A DNA stretch of 63,407 nucleotides, filler included, from Pelomyxa schiedti (Eukaryota; Protista; Evosea), in the NCBI GenBank assembly GCA_020536535.1. It is 11 parts of 11 records of this genome, joined end to end, with 100 filler letters (N's around TTAATTAATTAA, not from the genome) between each part and the next. Parts side by side here need not be neighbours in the genome. Positions count along the whole stretch, not along the records: positions 5,042 to 18,805 come from JAHLWZ010001184.1; positions 18,906 to 33,383 come from JAHLWZ010000527.1; 9 more parts are not named here. One strand, given 5' to 3'. Made by a program: the position numbers and the translations under genes. The notes under the pieces were generated by a model, which saw only the letters and a program-made list of their open reading frames with translations, had not been told where the DNA came from and did not search any database. This document shows, in pieces, positions 10,588 through 24,300 of this stretch (position 1 is the stretch's first letter; the number at the start of each line of letters is the position of its first letter).

Positions 10588-13500
10588 ATGGACTTTTCCT
10601 ACGTTGAGCCTCTGGACAAGAACCCCCTCTTGAGAATGGTTCTGTGCACAGTGTGTAAGGGTCCATGGCTTGATCCCATGACTCACTTGGAGTGTGGTGC
10701 CACATTCTGCGCCAACTGCATCAAGGTACTTCTGTTGTAGTACCCATTAGGTGTTTTTTTTAACCTAGTTCCCTCCTCCAGAATAATATCTGCCCAGGAT
10801 GTTCCCAAGAAATGAGTGTTCACCAGAAGGTACCAGTCCGTGTGGGTTCCATGCTCACATTGGTTGATAATCTTCTCGTTTCCTGCCCAACTTGCAACGT
10901 TGGTATTCCTAGGAGGCAAGTTGTAGGCCATTGGAACAAGTGCCAGATCGGTGTGCTCGCTTCCTTGTGTTACGTCGTTCTGACTTGCATTTTAGTTTGC
11001 CCACAGGGATGCGGCGAGAAAGTGACCCCTATTTCCCTTGCTGGACATCAGGATACCCTTTGCCCTGACACAGTGATTTCATGCCCTGTGTGCCAACTGA
11101 AAGGAAAACGCAAACTTATTTCATCTGCTGAGCACAAGGACATCTGCCCTATTGGTTTCCTCCATCTTCCGGGATTTAACTCTTCTAATGGAAAGCAGAT
11201 TGCGCGAATGGCTGCTCCCAGAAGGTTGCCCCCAAGGACTGGGCCCATCACAACGATATCTGCCCAGAGGCCCTCATGCCCTGCCCCAGGTGCGCAATGA
11301 AAGTTAAGCGGGGCAAATACGTTTCTGAGCACGTACCCGTCTGCCCAATCAGTAAACTTCTTCACTGATTCACTTCATCTTTAACCACTTGAAGGGTGCA
11401 TGTGCGGCGAAATGGTGGCACCCAAGGACATGGCTGCCCACGAAGCTTCTGGGTGCAAGTCTGCTCCAGTTCGATGTCCCGCCTCTGCTCTTATGTGCCC
11501 CTGGATAGGTAGCTCGAATTAATTTCGCGTTTTTCCTGACTGCTTCTCAGGTGCAAAGAATTCCCTGGACGAGCACGAGAAAGTTTGTCGCTTCTTTGCC
11601 ATGCGTGACATTCTTCAGCCGATCATGAACATGATTACCACAAGCGGTGTTCACCTCACCTACAACAGCAGAGGGAGGAACCTGGCAGGTCAGGACCTCT
11701 CTCGCAAGATTATGAGAGGGTGGAACTTGGCAGGTGCTGATCTCACTGGGTGCAATCTTGAAATGGCTGATCTGTCCAATGCTGATCTGAGTGGAGCCAA
11801 CATGACCGGTGCCAATTGCATCCAAGCGAAGTTGAAAGGAGCCAACTTGAGTGGCGCCAATTGCGCTGGTGCCATTCTGGCCGGCTGTTCCTTCAAGGGA
11901 GCCGATTTGACCAAGTGCAATTTCAATGGAGCCGTGCTGACTGGGGCAGACTTGAGCGATTCTAAGGTCACCGGAATGAATGTTTCGAACTCCAATTTAG
12001 TGGGTGTGAAGAGGATGGGAACTGTTGCTGCAGGAACAAGTATCGAGAAGTCAATTGGTTAGTTCTCGTTTGTTCGAGGTTTTCCTTTAATAACTCTTTT
12101 GCAGCCGACTGGCCCAAGAATTGCTGGAAGGAAATGTCTGGACTTGATCTCCAGTTTGCTGACAACCGCCTCACCGTGAAGAACACATCCGACAATACAC
12201 AAAGCACTTTCGCCGAAACAGGGATCCCTATTGGTGCTGTCTTTACCTGGAAAGTCAAAGTAGTCTCTGCCGAATGCCGCCACGCAGGTTGTGGTGTTGC
12301 AACACCCACTGCTCAGGTGGGGCGTGGCAACCACGGTGACAAGGAAGGATGCTGGAAGTGGCAAGCAGGTTCATCTTATTATTCTCTGTACTTCTTTTTA
12401 ACCACTCACAGGTGGTCTTACATTCACCAATGGAAGCAGCCAAGACACTGAGGACCGATTTACTGGTGGTGACGTTCTCACCCTTATGTGCGACCGAAGG
12501 AAAGAACCAACCGTCTTCACCATCGCCAAGAATGACAAGGAAGTGAAACGATTCCAGATTGTACGCTTCCCAATTGGTTTCATTCTTTTGATTTTGACTT
12601 CAATCTTAGCGCTATGATGGTGAGCTCATTCCATTCATTGCTGCATGTTGCCGTGGAAACCATCTCACTGCCGATTTCAGCATGAAGCAGCCCCTCGCAC
12701 TGGAACTGACTGGTGCTATTGGAACGGAGACAGCTGTGCTTATTGACCCAGAAGCAGTTGCCGCCGCCGCAAAAGCAGCTGCCAATGCCTCCACACAACC
12801 TGGTGGTGGTACCAGGAGACGTATGATTTTGTTTTCTCCACTTCGTTTCCAGTAACTCCCACGTAAGCCGCTGGCAAGTGGGCTGAGGATAGCTGGCGCC
12901 ATTTGTCGGGCGTAAATGCCAACTTCTCTGACAATGATCTGACTCTGACCAATACAACCAACACCACGCAAACCACAGTCTCCAAGATGGCTATACCTCT
13001 TGGCACTGTGCGCTATTGGAGCATCAAGGTCAACAATAGCAGCTGTGACGCTTGTGGATTTGGAGTTGTCCACGCTGACAAAGTTGACTCTATTGCCAAT
13101 ACTCATGCCGATAGTTCACACTGCTGGAAGTGGGAAAGTGTTGGACGCTACTACCAGAGTGGATCGAGAATCGAAGGAGGTGAGAGATTCCGAACTGGAG
13201 ACAATGCCGGCTTGCTATGTGATCGCCGACCTGGAAAGCACACACTATCCTTCTACAAAAACGGTAATTTCCACTTTTTCGGCTGTACAGATCTAAGCCG
13301 CCTACAGGATCCTTGCTGAAGACTGTAACTGGACTTCCAGAGACAAGTGATATGGTTTACCCAAGTGTCACACCTTGCTGCACAAATGACAGCTTCACCA
13401 CCGATTTCGATGCCGTTCCCCCTGAGGAGATTCTGCGTGAAATTCCCGAGCTCACACCACCTCCCCCACCCCCACCTCCTGCCACAGTTGGTAAGCAAGT

Positions 13501-14315
13501 ATTATATGTGCCATTCCAGTACGCTAAAGTTCGGCTCAGACATCAACCTGTGGCCAAAGGACACATGGAAACGAATTGAAGGGTTGGACCTTAACTTCGA
13601 GAATGAAGGACTCACTGTTATCAATCCCGGCAAACGCACACAATGCACAATATCCACATACGGTATCCCAGTCAACACACAGCGCTATTGGCAGGTTTGC
13701 TCACTTTTTGTTCATTGAATTGGAGTTGGCCTAAGCTTTCAAACAGGTCATGGTGGAGAACACAAGCTGCTCAGCTTGCGGAATTGCCGTAGTCATGGAC
13801 AACGCTCAATTCGGCCTGAACAGCCACGCAGACAAGACCAACTGCTGGAAATGGGAGAGAATCGGCCGGTACTGATTACTTACTTTACAACCAAATCTTA
13901 GCACTAACCTTATCCCAGATTCTTCGCCAATGGAGCGCTTGTCTCACAACTCGCCGGATTCGTTGAAGGAGATATTCTCGGAGTCTACGTAGACCGCACC
14001 CCCGGCAAGGGAACAGTAACATTCTTCAAGGTAATCATTCCCCCCAAATCAACCCACATCAACCAACGATCTGATTCCACACACACACAGAATGGAGAAG
14101 AGATCACTACACTATCAGGGATTCCGGAGGACAACACTCTGCTTGCATATCCCGCGGTGGTGCCGTGTGGCAGCGGCGCATCGTTCACGGGCCTGTTCGG
14201 GGTACCTGTCCCTGACTCCATCCTCGCGGCACAGGAGGCTGCTCTCGTGGAAGCTGCTGCCAAGGCCTCCGCTGCCGCCGCCGCATCCACAACCACTGAC
14301 TCCTCCGGCCATTGA
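10588..14315 (+). CDS. RING finger, TRAF-type zinc fingers, pentapeptide repeats and three SPRY-like domains (putative E3 ligase)
   Basis: RING-like CTVC...HLECGATFCANC|...CPGC; repeated C..C...H...CP units; A(D/N)LSG pentapeptide array at 11660-12000; three homologous modules W....W....G....F....LT..N...YW.hKV...G.GV...CWKW...F..GD.hGh..DR....h.F.KNG...YP.h. Exons join with GT-AG introns. Confidence 0.85.
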
Positions 14316-14429
14316 TGAGTGCCACTTCCTTACCCCCTCCACACAAACCTACTCTTGAGTTTAAAACTACCAAAGCTTCCTTCAGATGGAGTTTTTGATA
14401 TTGATGATTTCGGCTGAATCGTGTGAACG

Positions 14430-16495
14430 ATGGGGGACCGAGACAGAGACGATGCGATCGTAGTGGACGACACGGACGACGATGAACGACAGCCAGGCAC
14501 GGCATCCACCACGGCGGCGCGCAGTAGTACGCCCACGGCCACGCCCACACCCGCGGCTGCCCCAGGCACGGCCACGGGCACGGGCACGAAGGGGACGGTG
14601 GCGGCGGTGGTGGGGGGTGGCACAACCACAACCACGACGACGGGGGTAGGAGGGGGAGGGGGGGCCACGAGCGGGCTGCCGTGGGTCGAGAAGTACAGGC
14701 CAAAGAACTGGGACGAGCTTGTGGGTCACGACGACATCCTAGCCACCCGTGTGTGTCTGTNNNNNNNNNNNNNNNNNNNNNNNNNNNNNNNNNNNNNNNN
14801 NNNNNNNNNNNNNNNNNNNNNNNNNNNNNNNNNNNNNNNNNNNNNNNNNNNNNNNNNNNNACGGGGGTAGGAGGGGGAGGGGGGGCCACGAGCGGGCTGC
14901 CGTGGGTCGAGAAGTACAGGCCAAAGAACTGGGACGAGCTTGTGGGTCACGACGACATCCTAGCCACCCGTGTGTGTCTGTCTCTGTGTCTGTGTGTCTG
15001 TGTGTCTGTGTGTCTGTGTCTGTGTGCGTAGTGTATTGTGTGCCGTGTGTGAGTGAGTGAGTGCATGGGAGAATACCCAACTACCCTGTAGTAGTGCGTT
15101 GTAAGTTAACGGCGGTTTAACAGTAAGGAAGCTGGCTGAATCGAGGAAGCTACCTCACTTACTTTTTCATGGTCCTCCGGGAACGGGTACCACCACTACT
15201 ACTACCCACCATTGCCTTGCTGAATTGATTCATATTTTTCTTTTTTCCTCCTCAAGGCAAGACTTCAACAATACTGGCATGTGCACACCAAATTTTTGCG
15301 TCAAACTACCGGAGTATGGTCCTCGAAGTTTGTACTGAATCCTTCCTTCTTTTCAAAACTAATATCATCACCTTGTTAGCTTAATGCCTCTGATGAGAGA
15401 GGAATAGATGTAGTGAGAGAACAAATCAAAGATTTTGCCAGTACAAGAACAATGTTCAGGTAGTGTAAGCACAAAGGTCTTCATTTTCGCTAATGTTAAA
15501 AAGCAACTTACCAAAGCTTATTATTCTGGATGAAGCAGATGCTATGACCGGTGCTGCACAAGCTGCTTTGAGAAGGAGTACGCTCTCAGTACCTAAAAAA
15601 AAAAAAAACATATCACAGTTACTTATTGCTTTACAGTAATGGAAAAATTCACACGGAATGCCCGGTTTTGTCTGATTTGCAATCATGTGAACAAATTGAT
15701 TCCTGCCATACAATCACGTTGCACACGCTTCCGCTTTGGCCCTATTTCTACTTCTGGGGTCCGAAAGTGCATAGAACGTGTGGCAGCTGCTGAAAAGTAT
15801 GGTCGAAGTGTCTCACTACGAACTAAATATTTCTTATGCAGCATTCCCATCACTGAAGATGGCTATAAGGCGTTGACAGTACTTGGAGAGGGAGATATGA
15901 GAAAAGTTCTCAATATATTACAGGTTGTCTCCTTGCAAAAACCATCCCACGTGTGCTGAAACATTTTCGTAGTCTACATTTTTGGCATATGGCACCGTCA
16001 ATTCTAACAATGTCTATGATTCGGCAGGGCATCCCTCGCCAGCTGATATGGAGCGGTGCATACAGTTCTTGTGCAACGAATCATTCCAAGTGGCTTATAA
16101 AGGTTGGAATGTTATCTGCCGTTATTATCAAAGAAATAATATTATCTTAGAGATTGATGGCATCTGTCTGGAAAAAGGACTTGCCTTGCTGGATATTGTT
16201 TCTGAACTATCTTTTCTTGTACTCCGCATGACCCAGCTTCCTGTTGCTGAAAGTTTGTTAATCTTTTTACCTCATTCTCTCCTCATTTCCAACATAGGAG
16301 CGAAAGTTCTTGACAAACTTGCACGCATAGAGTATGACAAACTTTCCAATTTACATTACAACCAAGCACAACGTACACAGACACCGGCTTGCCATTGGCG
16401 GTTCTGACAAAATCAACCTTGGGCACCTTGTTGGGACTTTCCAATATGTTCGCAATTGCCTTGGAGTTACCGATGATGAAATTGAAGATTCCTAA
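14430..16495 (+). CDS. RFC5: Replication factor C small subunit (human RFC5 / yeast Rfc3 type)
   Basis: LPWVEKYRP, PHLLFHGPPGT|GKTS, E|LNASDERGIDVVREQIKDFAST, LIILDEADAMT..AQAALRR, RFCLICN and AIQSRCTRFRF. 14640-14760 is duplicated across an N gap. Confidence 0.93.
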
Positions 16496-16624
16496 TGTAT
16501 TTCTCACTGTTGGTATGCTTTACAAAAACAAACGGCTTTTTACCCAAAAAACAACAGGAACCCCGTTGTTGTACAAGGGGAAACCAAATGCAAGAATCAC
16601 AAAAACACTACACCAACATTTGTT

Positions 16625-18608
16625 TCAATCTTCCATTCTAGCAGGAGTTTCCGATATAAAGAAGTTGAGGTGAAATACCACGCCTTCACTGGTTTCATCC
16701 CGTGAAAGCAGCTCTGCTTGTTCCGCAGCCTGCGGGAATGGTTAATGTGTATTGGTTTTTGTAACAAAAAGAAAAACAACACACATACCAGCAATTGTTC
16801 TTTTGCCAGAGGTACAGATACTCTGTTGGCGGCTGCAACATCAACCACGGTTACAGGGCCTTTCTTCTGTATAAGGGTGACAATTTGTTGGCCAACTGCC
16901 TTGTCATCATGTTGTGCTATCGGTGGGGGTTAGAGTAGAATTAAAAGGTTGCGGCCAACCGGATTGAAGTACAAGAACTCCACTGGGGAATTTCCTCAGT
17001 CTCATTGGGAGGTTCAAACCCTCCATCAGTTCACAGCTTTGGTACATATCCTCGGGGGAGATAAGCGCACCTGCGGAATTCTTGAGTTGTGTGTTAAGTA
17101 TTGTTGTGCTCACTCCCTCGCCGGAGAGGTGGGAATTTACCTGTTCCTCTTGCTCGGTTGATCAAGCAGTACAAGTCCGGAAGAGCAACAATTGGAGACA
17201 AGGCATTGTGTGCAATGGCACCGAGGCAAAAATCACAAAGTTGCCTGGCTAACTGAGTGTGGTACATGCTACCAGCAGATTTTTTAGTCACTGGTGAGGA
17301 TATGCCCAGTTGCAGAAGAATGGCATTGAATTCGTTGTTGGTTGATGCGGTTGCCGTGGCGGCGGTCGATGATGTGAGAGAAGTGCTAGATGAGGAGCTA
17401 CTACTGAGGGTTGACGAACTGGTGAGTGAAGACTGTGCCAAAGTGGCTGCAGAAATACTGTTCGCTATTTGTACGAGATCTTTTGCTTTAGCCATAAGTG
17501 CTTCAATATCTTCAGGGAATAAGTACTTTTGTTGGCAAGCGCATGCTTAAATACCTTTGAAACCCTCTACTAAAGCTTGATCGGTTTCTTTCGCTTTCTC
17601 TTCAGCTCTTCTAAGTAGACCAGACACACCAGCGTGGGCAGTGGTGATTGCTGCAGGGGCTTTCTTTACTACTTTCTCCTATAAATATGCTAGCAGTTAG
17701 TACTGGGAGTAAACTCACTAAACTTAGTGAAGGACATGCCCAAGGCCGGCTTATTAGGAGTTTCTGTATTTCCTCAATGAATTTTTCTCGTCCGGACGAT
17801 TTGAAGGCAAAGCATAGTCCTCCAATAGATCCCCCAGGAATAGCATTTGTTGGAGGTTTCAGCATCACGATCACCTTGTTGCTTTTATGGAACATGGAAT
17901 TCGGCTTTAAACCAAGTTAGCAAAAGGAAAATTAAGACATGGCATAGTAGTAGTTATTGTATGGCATAGTAGTAGTTATTGTATTGAAAATTAAAACGGA
18001 TACATTATAGCCAGTACGGCAGGCAGGCACAGCACTCCCCAGCACGGCAATCACTACAAGCAACACAACACATAAACAAAGCAATATGCCATCCATCACA
18101 GAATATATTGGCACGGCACCGGAACTTCGATGCAGGCCACGTCGGCGAGGCCTGCACAAATGCCCCTGACGCCGCCACCGCCACCGCCCGGCGCGCAGTA
18201 CCACCCCACCCTCTGGTTTGTCAACAACGATATTCCCTCAACCGCACCGTTCCCACCGACATCGTCCACGGCCTTGCCCTCACCACCACCCACAATGCCG
18301 CCACCACCACCACCACCACTCTTACTGCTTGTGCTTGTTGTGGATGGTGAGTGTGTTGTTGCGAGGGTGTGCTTGGTCATCAGGATCTCAACCTCGGCTT
18401 CGTTGTACTTGGGCAGTTGGCTCTCTGTGAACTGGCGATGGTGTTGTGAGGGGGGCCAGGGCACGGCAAAAAAACCACAACACCAAACAAAGCAAGCAAA
18501 CAAAAAGCAAGCAAACAAAAGGGAAGAAGCATCATCGACATCTCGTACAGTCATAGGTGAGATCCTCGACTGCGGCGCAGTAGGGGGTGTCACACCACTA
18601 GTAGCCAT
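16625..18608 (-). CDS. VPS36: ESCRT-II subunit VPS36/EAP45
   Basis: GLUE-like N-terminus (G...LTNQR), then GVSGLLRR, F|KDIEALMAKAKDLV, LGISSPVT...YHTQLARQL, LPDLYCLINRARGT|ALISPED, LPMRLRKFPSGVLVLQ and LAKEQLL|AAE..L.RD. These are VPS36 signatures. Confidence 0.92.
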
Positions 18609-18905
18609 TTCGTAGTACCCACGAGTTTTTTTTTTTTTGAAAAGGAAATGATGACCCAGTCTTCTTCAGGGAATACCCTGTGGGTGGAGAAAAAGAACTC
18701 TTGTGTATGAAGGACTTTTAAAAATTGTGCATTGTACTAACGAGGAGTTTTCGAACTGAAGGGGGCAAAACAAAATCGACGTTGAGAATGCGCACACCAG
18801 ACAGTNNNNNNNNNNNNNNNNNNNNNNNNNNNNNNNNNNNNNNNNNNNNTTAATTAATTAANNNNNNNNNNNNNNNNNNNNNNNNNNNNNNNNNNNNNNN
18901 NNNNN

Positions 18906-19736
18906 TGCGTGGGACACAACAGGATTCTGGTGGAATCGGACTCTGATTGTCGGAGGGAAAAGATGTACCAAATTGAGGATGTGGGTCGTGAGACAATGCC
19001 CAGCAGGAAGTCCGCTGCTCCTGGACGGGAAAAGTACTTACCATTGTGCAACAGGAAGTGGGTAATAGGGTTCCCAAATCCCGATGTAACTTGCATTTGG
19101 AGGGTTGTTGGAGGTGCTTTGTCTGAGGAGCCTCCACTGGCTTTGGCCAGGACTCCATGGAAGGAAAGGTTTCTGCAGTTCTCACCACTTTGTGATGATG
19201 TTGTGATGATTTCAACCCGTGACCAAGTCGCGGCATCTCGCTGCATCGTGCTCTTCTGTGACCTGAAAGCAAGCTTTGACAAAGGCAAATTGGTTGTTAC
19301 ATCCAGGTTGGAGTGCAGTTTCATTGGTGATCTGCAGATTGCAGGTGTGATGTGGAGGCCAGATGGATCCATCAATACATTGCATCTTGATTCCACCGGC
19401 CACAGTGTTCTTGTGGACAGGACAACTGAGGAGCAGGTTGTTGCACGGTTTCCACAGTATGCCTTCGTTACACCAGTTGGCAGGAATCATCTTTTTGTGA
19501 GGGCTCGAAGGAATTTCAAAGTGTACAACATACAAAGCAAGAAAACCACAGCAACACCATGCACATGGGCAAGCCCTGCAATACTGTGCCAGTCAGGTCT
19601 CGTTGCTCACTGTGGCGCTGTGAGTGGCCGAAAAGTCACATTCACCATTTGTGATGTCGCCACAGGCTTCTGTGTTGGTCACTTCCCTGTGTGCTTTGAC
19701 TCCCACAGTGGTGCCTTTTCCCGTGATTCCTACTGA
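18906..19736 (+). CDS. Lineage-specific family protein, 5'-truncated by contig start
   Basis: Open frame closely paralogous to 19803-21244 (CVGHNRILVES, FLQFSPLCDDVV, TATPCTWASPAILCQSGL). Confidence 0.75.
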   Translation, partial: CVGHNRILVESDSDCRREKMYQIEDVGRETMPSRKSAAPGREKYLPLCNRKWVIGFPNPDVTCIWRVVGGALSEEPPLALARTPWKERFLQFSPLCDDVVMISTRDQVAASRCIVLFCDLKASFDKGKLVVTSRLECSFIGDLQIAGVMWRPDGSINTLHLDSTGHSVLVDRTTEEQVVARFPQYAFVTPVGRNHLFVRARRNFKVYNIQSKKTTATPCTWASPAILCQSGLVAHCGAVSGRKVTFTICDVATGFCVGHFPVCFDSHSGAFSRDSY

Positions 19737-19802
19737 TCCTGAATTCCCTTCCACCACCACAACACACAATTACTTTTTTTACTTTTTGACTTTTTGACAC
19801 GA

Positions 19803-21244
19803 ATGGGCTCAAACGAATCGTCACCATCGTCGCCACCCACACAAAAAATACAACAACAACAACCACGAACGGCCACGACAGCCAAGGCACAGGTGATGGC
19901 CATTCTTTGTTCCCCAGCCACAACAGCAGCAACAGCCGCATCAAAAACCAAGACAAAAGCAATAGCAACAACACAACGACAGTGCACAGCCACTTGCGTT
20001 GGTGGTGTTGCTTCACAGGCAATGATACAGTGGGTACAATCGACTGCGTTGTTCAGGGCGTGGGCGGAGGACTGGGTGCTGTGGCCAAGCAAAGAGGCCG
20101 TGTTCAGGCTCCCGATAGGGACTTACTACTTGCATGTTGTTGTGTCACCCACTCTGGGGCTTGTAAGCCACTCTTTCTTCACACACCAGAGGGTGCGTGG
20201 GTGTGTGGGACACAACAGGATTCTGGTGGAATCGGAGGATTGTTGGAGAGTCAAGTCGTATCGAATAGAGGAAGTGGGTTGCGAGGCCATTGTCAGCAGA
20301 ACAACCGTTGTTGTCCCGTTGAAAGGAGCCTACCACCCACCGTTGTGNNNNNNNNNNNNNNNNNNNNNNNNNNNNNNNNNNNNNNNNNNNNNNNNNNNNN
20401 NNNNNNNNNNNNNNNNNNNNNNNNNNNNNNNNNNNNNNNNNNNNNNNTGGAATCGGAGGATTGTTGGAGAGTCAAGTCGTATCGAATAGAGGAAGTGGGT
20501 TGCGAGGCCATTGTCAGCAGAACAACCGTTGTTGTCCCGTTGAAAGGAGCCTACCACCCACCGTTGTGCAACACCAAGTGGATCATTGGGTTCCCCACGA
20601 TCGACACAACCTGCATTTGGAAGATTGCTGGAGGGTGTACTGCTGGAGGGTGTACTGCACTGTGCTTGGCCAGTACCTGGGGTACCGACTTTCTGCAGTT
20701 CTCACCACTGTGCGATGATGTTGTGATTAAGTCTTGTTGGGACCAAGGCCGCTGTGTTCTCTTCTGCGACCTGCAAGCCACATTCGACCAAGGCAAATTG
20801 GTTGTGATATCCACGTTGTCGTGCAGTTACATTCACAATCGGGTAGAAGGTGTTACCTGGAGGCCTGATGGCTCCATCTACACATTGAACGTCGATTCCA
20901 CCGGGCACAGCGTTCTTGTTGACCTACAATCTGAGAAGCAGGTTGAATCACCGTTTCCACAGTATGCCTACGTCACACCAATTGGCAGGAGCCATCTGTT
21001 TGTGAGGGCTCAAAGGGATTACTCCAAGTTCAAGGTGTACAACGTCGCAAGCAAGAAACTGACAGCAACACCATGCACATGGGCGAGCCCTGCAATACTG
21101 TGCCAGTCAGGTCTCATTGCTCACTGTGGTAATGCAATTGCCACTCAATTCACATTCACTGTTTGTGATGTTGCCACAGGCTTCTGTATTGGTCACTTCC
21201 CTGTGTCCTCCTATGATAACTTTGACAGCGAGTACTATATGTAA
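19803..21244 (+). CDS. Lineage-specific family protein (tandem paralogue of upstream gene)
   Basis: MGSNES... ORF. The frame switch at the 20348-20447 gap is explained by a duplicated overlap. Motifs AKAQVMAIL, EDWVL, VSPTLGLV, NTKWII and DVATGFCIG are present. Confidence 0.8.
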
Positions 21245-21365
21245 TTAATTCAATCCACACCAGCCAGCAATTTTTTTGGCTGGTCAGTGACACCTCGTTC
21301 ATCATACTTCCAACTTGGTTTTTTCCCTTTCTCAGAAATACTTTTTCTGATCAAAAACTCGGCAA

Positions 21366-24300
21366 TCAGAGGAAGTGGTTCCAGATTGCCAGGACTTGTT
21401 GCATTGATGGTCTAGCTGTTGGATTGGCCACCCAGCAGCACGTCATAACCTGTTTGGCCCAATCTGGTACCTGGATCATTGATGATGGTTCTGTTGCTTT
21501 TTGTGCTGACTGTGGTGTAGGAGTGTGCGAATGTGTTTGTGCTGCTGGGGGGAACACTGGAGTGGAACCCACTGGGAATTGTGACCTGCCAACTCTCTCC
21601 ACTTGGAATTGAGTGGTGGTGGCATTGCTTAGTAAGAATGGACGGAAGTGCTGTTTGTTTGTTGCTGGGGATGTGGAATGGCGGCTGACACTTGGTGCTT
21701 TGGGGTTCTCGGTTATCTCATTCTTTGGTGTTTCCAGGTCTATGAAACCGGCTGTGTGGTAGTACATCAGGTCATGAACAAGCATACCAAAATTCCACAC
21801 ATCGGTGGACATTTTTGCAGGGTAGTTGTTACAACTCCGTTGTGATGTTCCAAATGGGGCAATCTATTCTTCATTTGAGTTGTCATTACGATTAAAAAAA
21901 TAGAACCTTGGCCCAAGGTCCAGATCCTGATTCATTCAACGATGTTACCAGGACATAACCTGTGGGTGTTAAATCCATCAAGGTGCTTGGGCAAACAAAC
22001 CTCCTTTGAGAAGTTCACCTTTAATGCAAAAATGAGGGTTCTGACAGTGGAGGTAATTTATTGCTTGCGCAACACCCCATAGTATCTTTGTTCTCAGACT
22101 CACAGGAAGAACCACATCCAAAAGGCCTTGACTTACAGATAAGGTCTTCAGGAGGTTGCCAAGCTCAATGACGCCATTCTTTTGGTTTAAGCCGAAACTA
22201 TTGAGAATACCTAGGATGTGTGGTGGGACTGCAACTGGAGAGACATTAGTGAGAACTGGTAATACTAGTGCATGTCCTGTGGCTGCGTGAGCACAGCAAA
22301 CTTGTGCAACATTGGGATGCTCAAGAATTTGTATGAAGCTGGATAAGAGAGCTGGTGTTACACAAGGAGCATTATGCTCCACCTCCACTTCACTTTGTTC
22401 TGGTGTGCTGGTTTCACTATTCACTTTTGCTGGCACCCCTGGATCAGATGAGAGATTTATGGTTTGTGGTGAACAACAACATGGCACAATAAAATGAAGC
22501 TCTGGTGCTACATCCGTGATCTTCACCACACAAGCTTCAGAGACACCACAGACACTTTCTCCACCTATTGGACACAGAAGGTAACCTTCCCCCGTTTTTC
22601 CTGAATACAGCTCTACACTGCTCTTTCCTTCTGGGACCTTGAAAAAGTGGAATCCTTCTGGTAGAGGTCTTTTGGTATCAACTGTGCAATCAGCACGTGC
22701 ATCAATAAGCTTTGACAAGCATTTAGGGCATGGAAATGAGTGAAGGAACTTGGGGATGCAGTTTTTTTGGGCAAACTGTTCCAACCACCCAATTACAATG
22801 GCCATTGGGTTACTACTCCAGAGTGGTTTGTCAGGTTCAGTATTTTTTTCAAATTCCGTAAGCATGTAAATATCCACTGATGTGTCAGTTGTTCCTGGGT
22901 ATGCAACATACAACTGTTGTGAAGTGATTGCTGATGTAGAAACAGGAATCTTCTTTGAGAACTGTATTCCTGACTTCCAAACAGTGTTTATCTCAACAAT
23001 GGGGTCCTTAGATAACACACGGACCAGTGTTGGGATCAACTCACCAACACAGGGGCACCCAAGCTCGATTGACCTACCATTCACAACTTTTTCTGAGTGC
23101 CTGGAGCCCCAAAGCATGTCCACTCTGGTGGGGTACAGCACACAAGGTTTGTTCACTGTCTGGAGACAGTCATTGAACCATGAAGGTTGCAGTACCACCC
23201 TATCACCCAGGTGATAGTGTGCCCACAGGCCCCTGAGGTAGGTGATGGCTCCTGTGTCAGCAAGGAACTCACAGCACTTCGAGAAATCTAGATCAGCAGT
23301 GTCTCTGTGCAGTGTACCAACTTGATGTTTCTTTGCCAATGCTTTGAGTTGTGCCAATGTGATGGTTTTCGAACTGATCCTTTGCAATGTCTCATGGAGG
23401 GCAATCCACCTTCGTGAAACAAAGTCATTTTGAAAAGGGTGAACACTTCTGGCAATATCAGAGATGAGCTTGTTGGAAGGAAATGTAGGTTCATCCATCT
23501 TACTGTAGTGCAGCACCCTCTTGTATGGATAGTTGTCAGTGAGATAACCAATAAAATCCAAATTGTTCCCAACAAGAGGCCAAGCACAAGGGGCAAATAC
23601 TTTCTCGTTGATGTATGTGGGGTTCTCTTGATCAGACCCACAACCAAACAGTAGCACTCTGGCTTTCCCACGCACATTGAATTGCTTGTGACACCTTGAA
23701 ATTTCACTAAGCCAGAAGCTGAGCCTCTGCTGTGGACCTGTGTTCGCCTCCTTTGGGAGAGTGGCATCAAAGAACACAACAAACACAGACTTGCTGCCAA
23801 AGAGGCACTCATGGAAGGGACGCTCCCTGTCCCCACCTTATAAGTTACATCAGAGAAAAAAATGAATGGGTATTTGAAATACCTAGGTTCCACACTGTCC
23901 ATGTGTTCAATTTCTTCTTCAGCAACTTGATTTCTGCTTGCACATAGATCGGCAGGCACTCTTGATTTTGTTTTTGGACATGGAGGGTGTTCTTCTTTTC
24001 CATCATGGATTTCAGAAATGCAGCCTTGGCCTCATTTGGTTCACCAACGAGAATCATTTTGTAACTTGGGGTAACTACAGGAACCTCTCCAAACATCAGA
24101 AAGTGCTTCAGTATTGTCCATGACACGTGCATCAGCCTTCTTGGCACAGATGAGAGTACAGGGGAGTTTTCATCCAAAAGAACCTCTTCAATCTCTGAGT
24201 GAAAAAGCCACTGTGGCAACCATGTAATGTTGTTTCCTCGGAGATCGAGTGAGTGGCAGGCAATTCCCTTCATCTGATCAGGGATACTTCCCATGGACAA

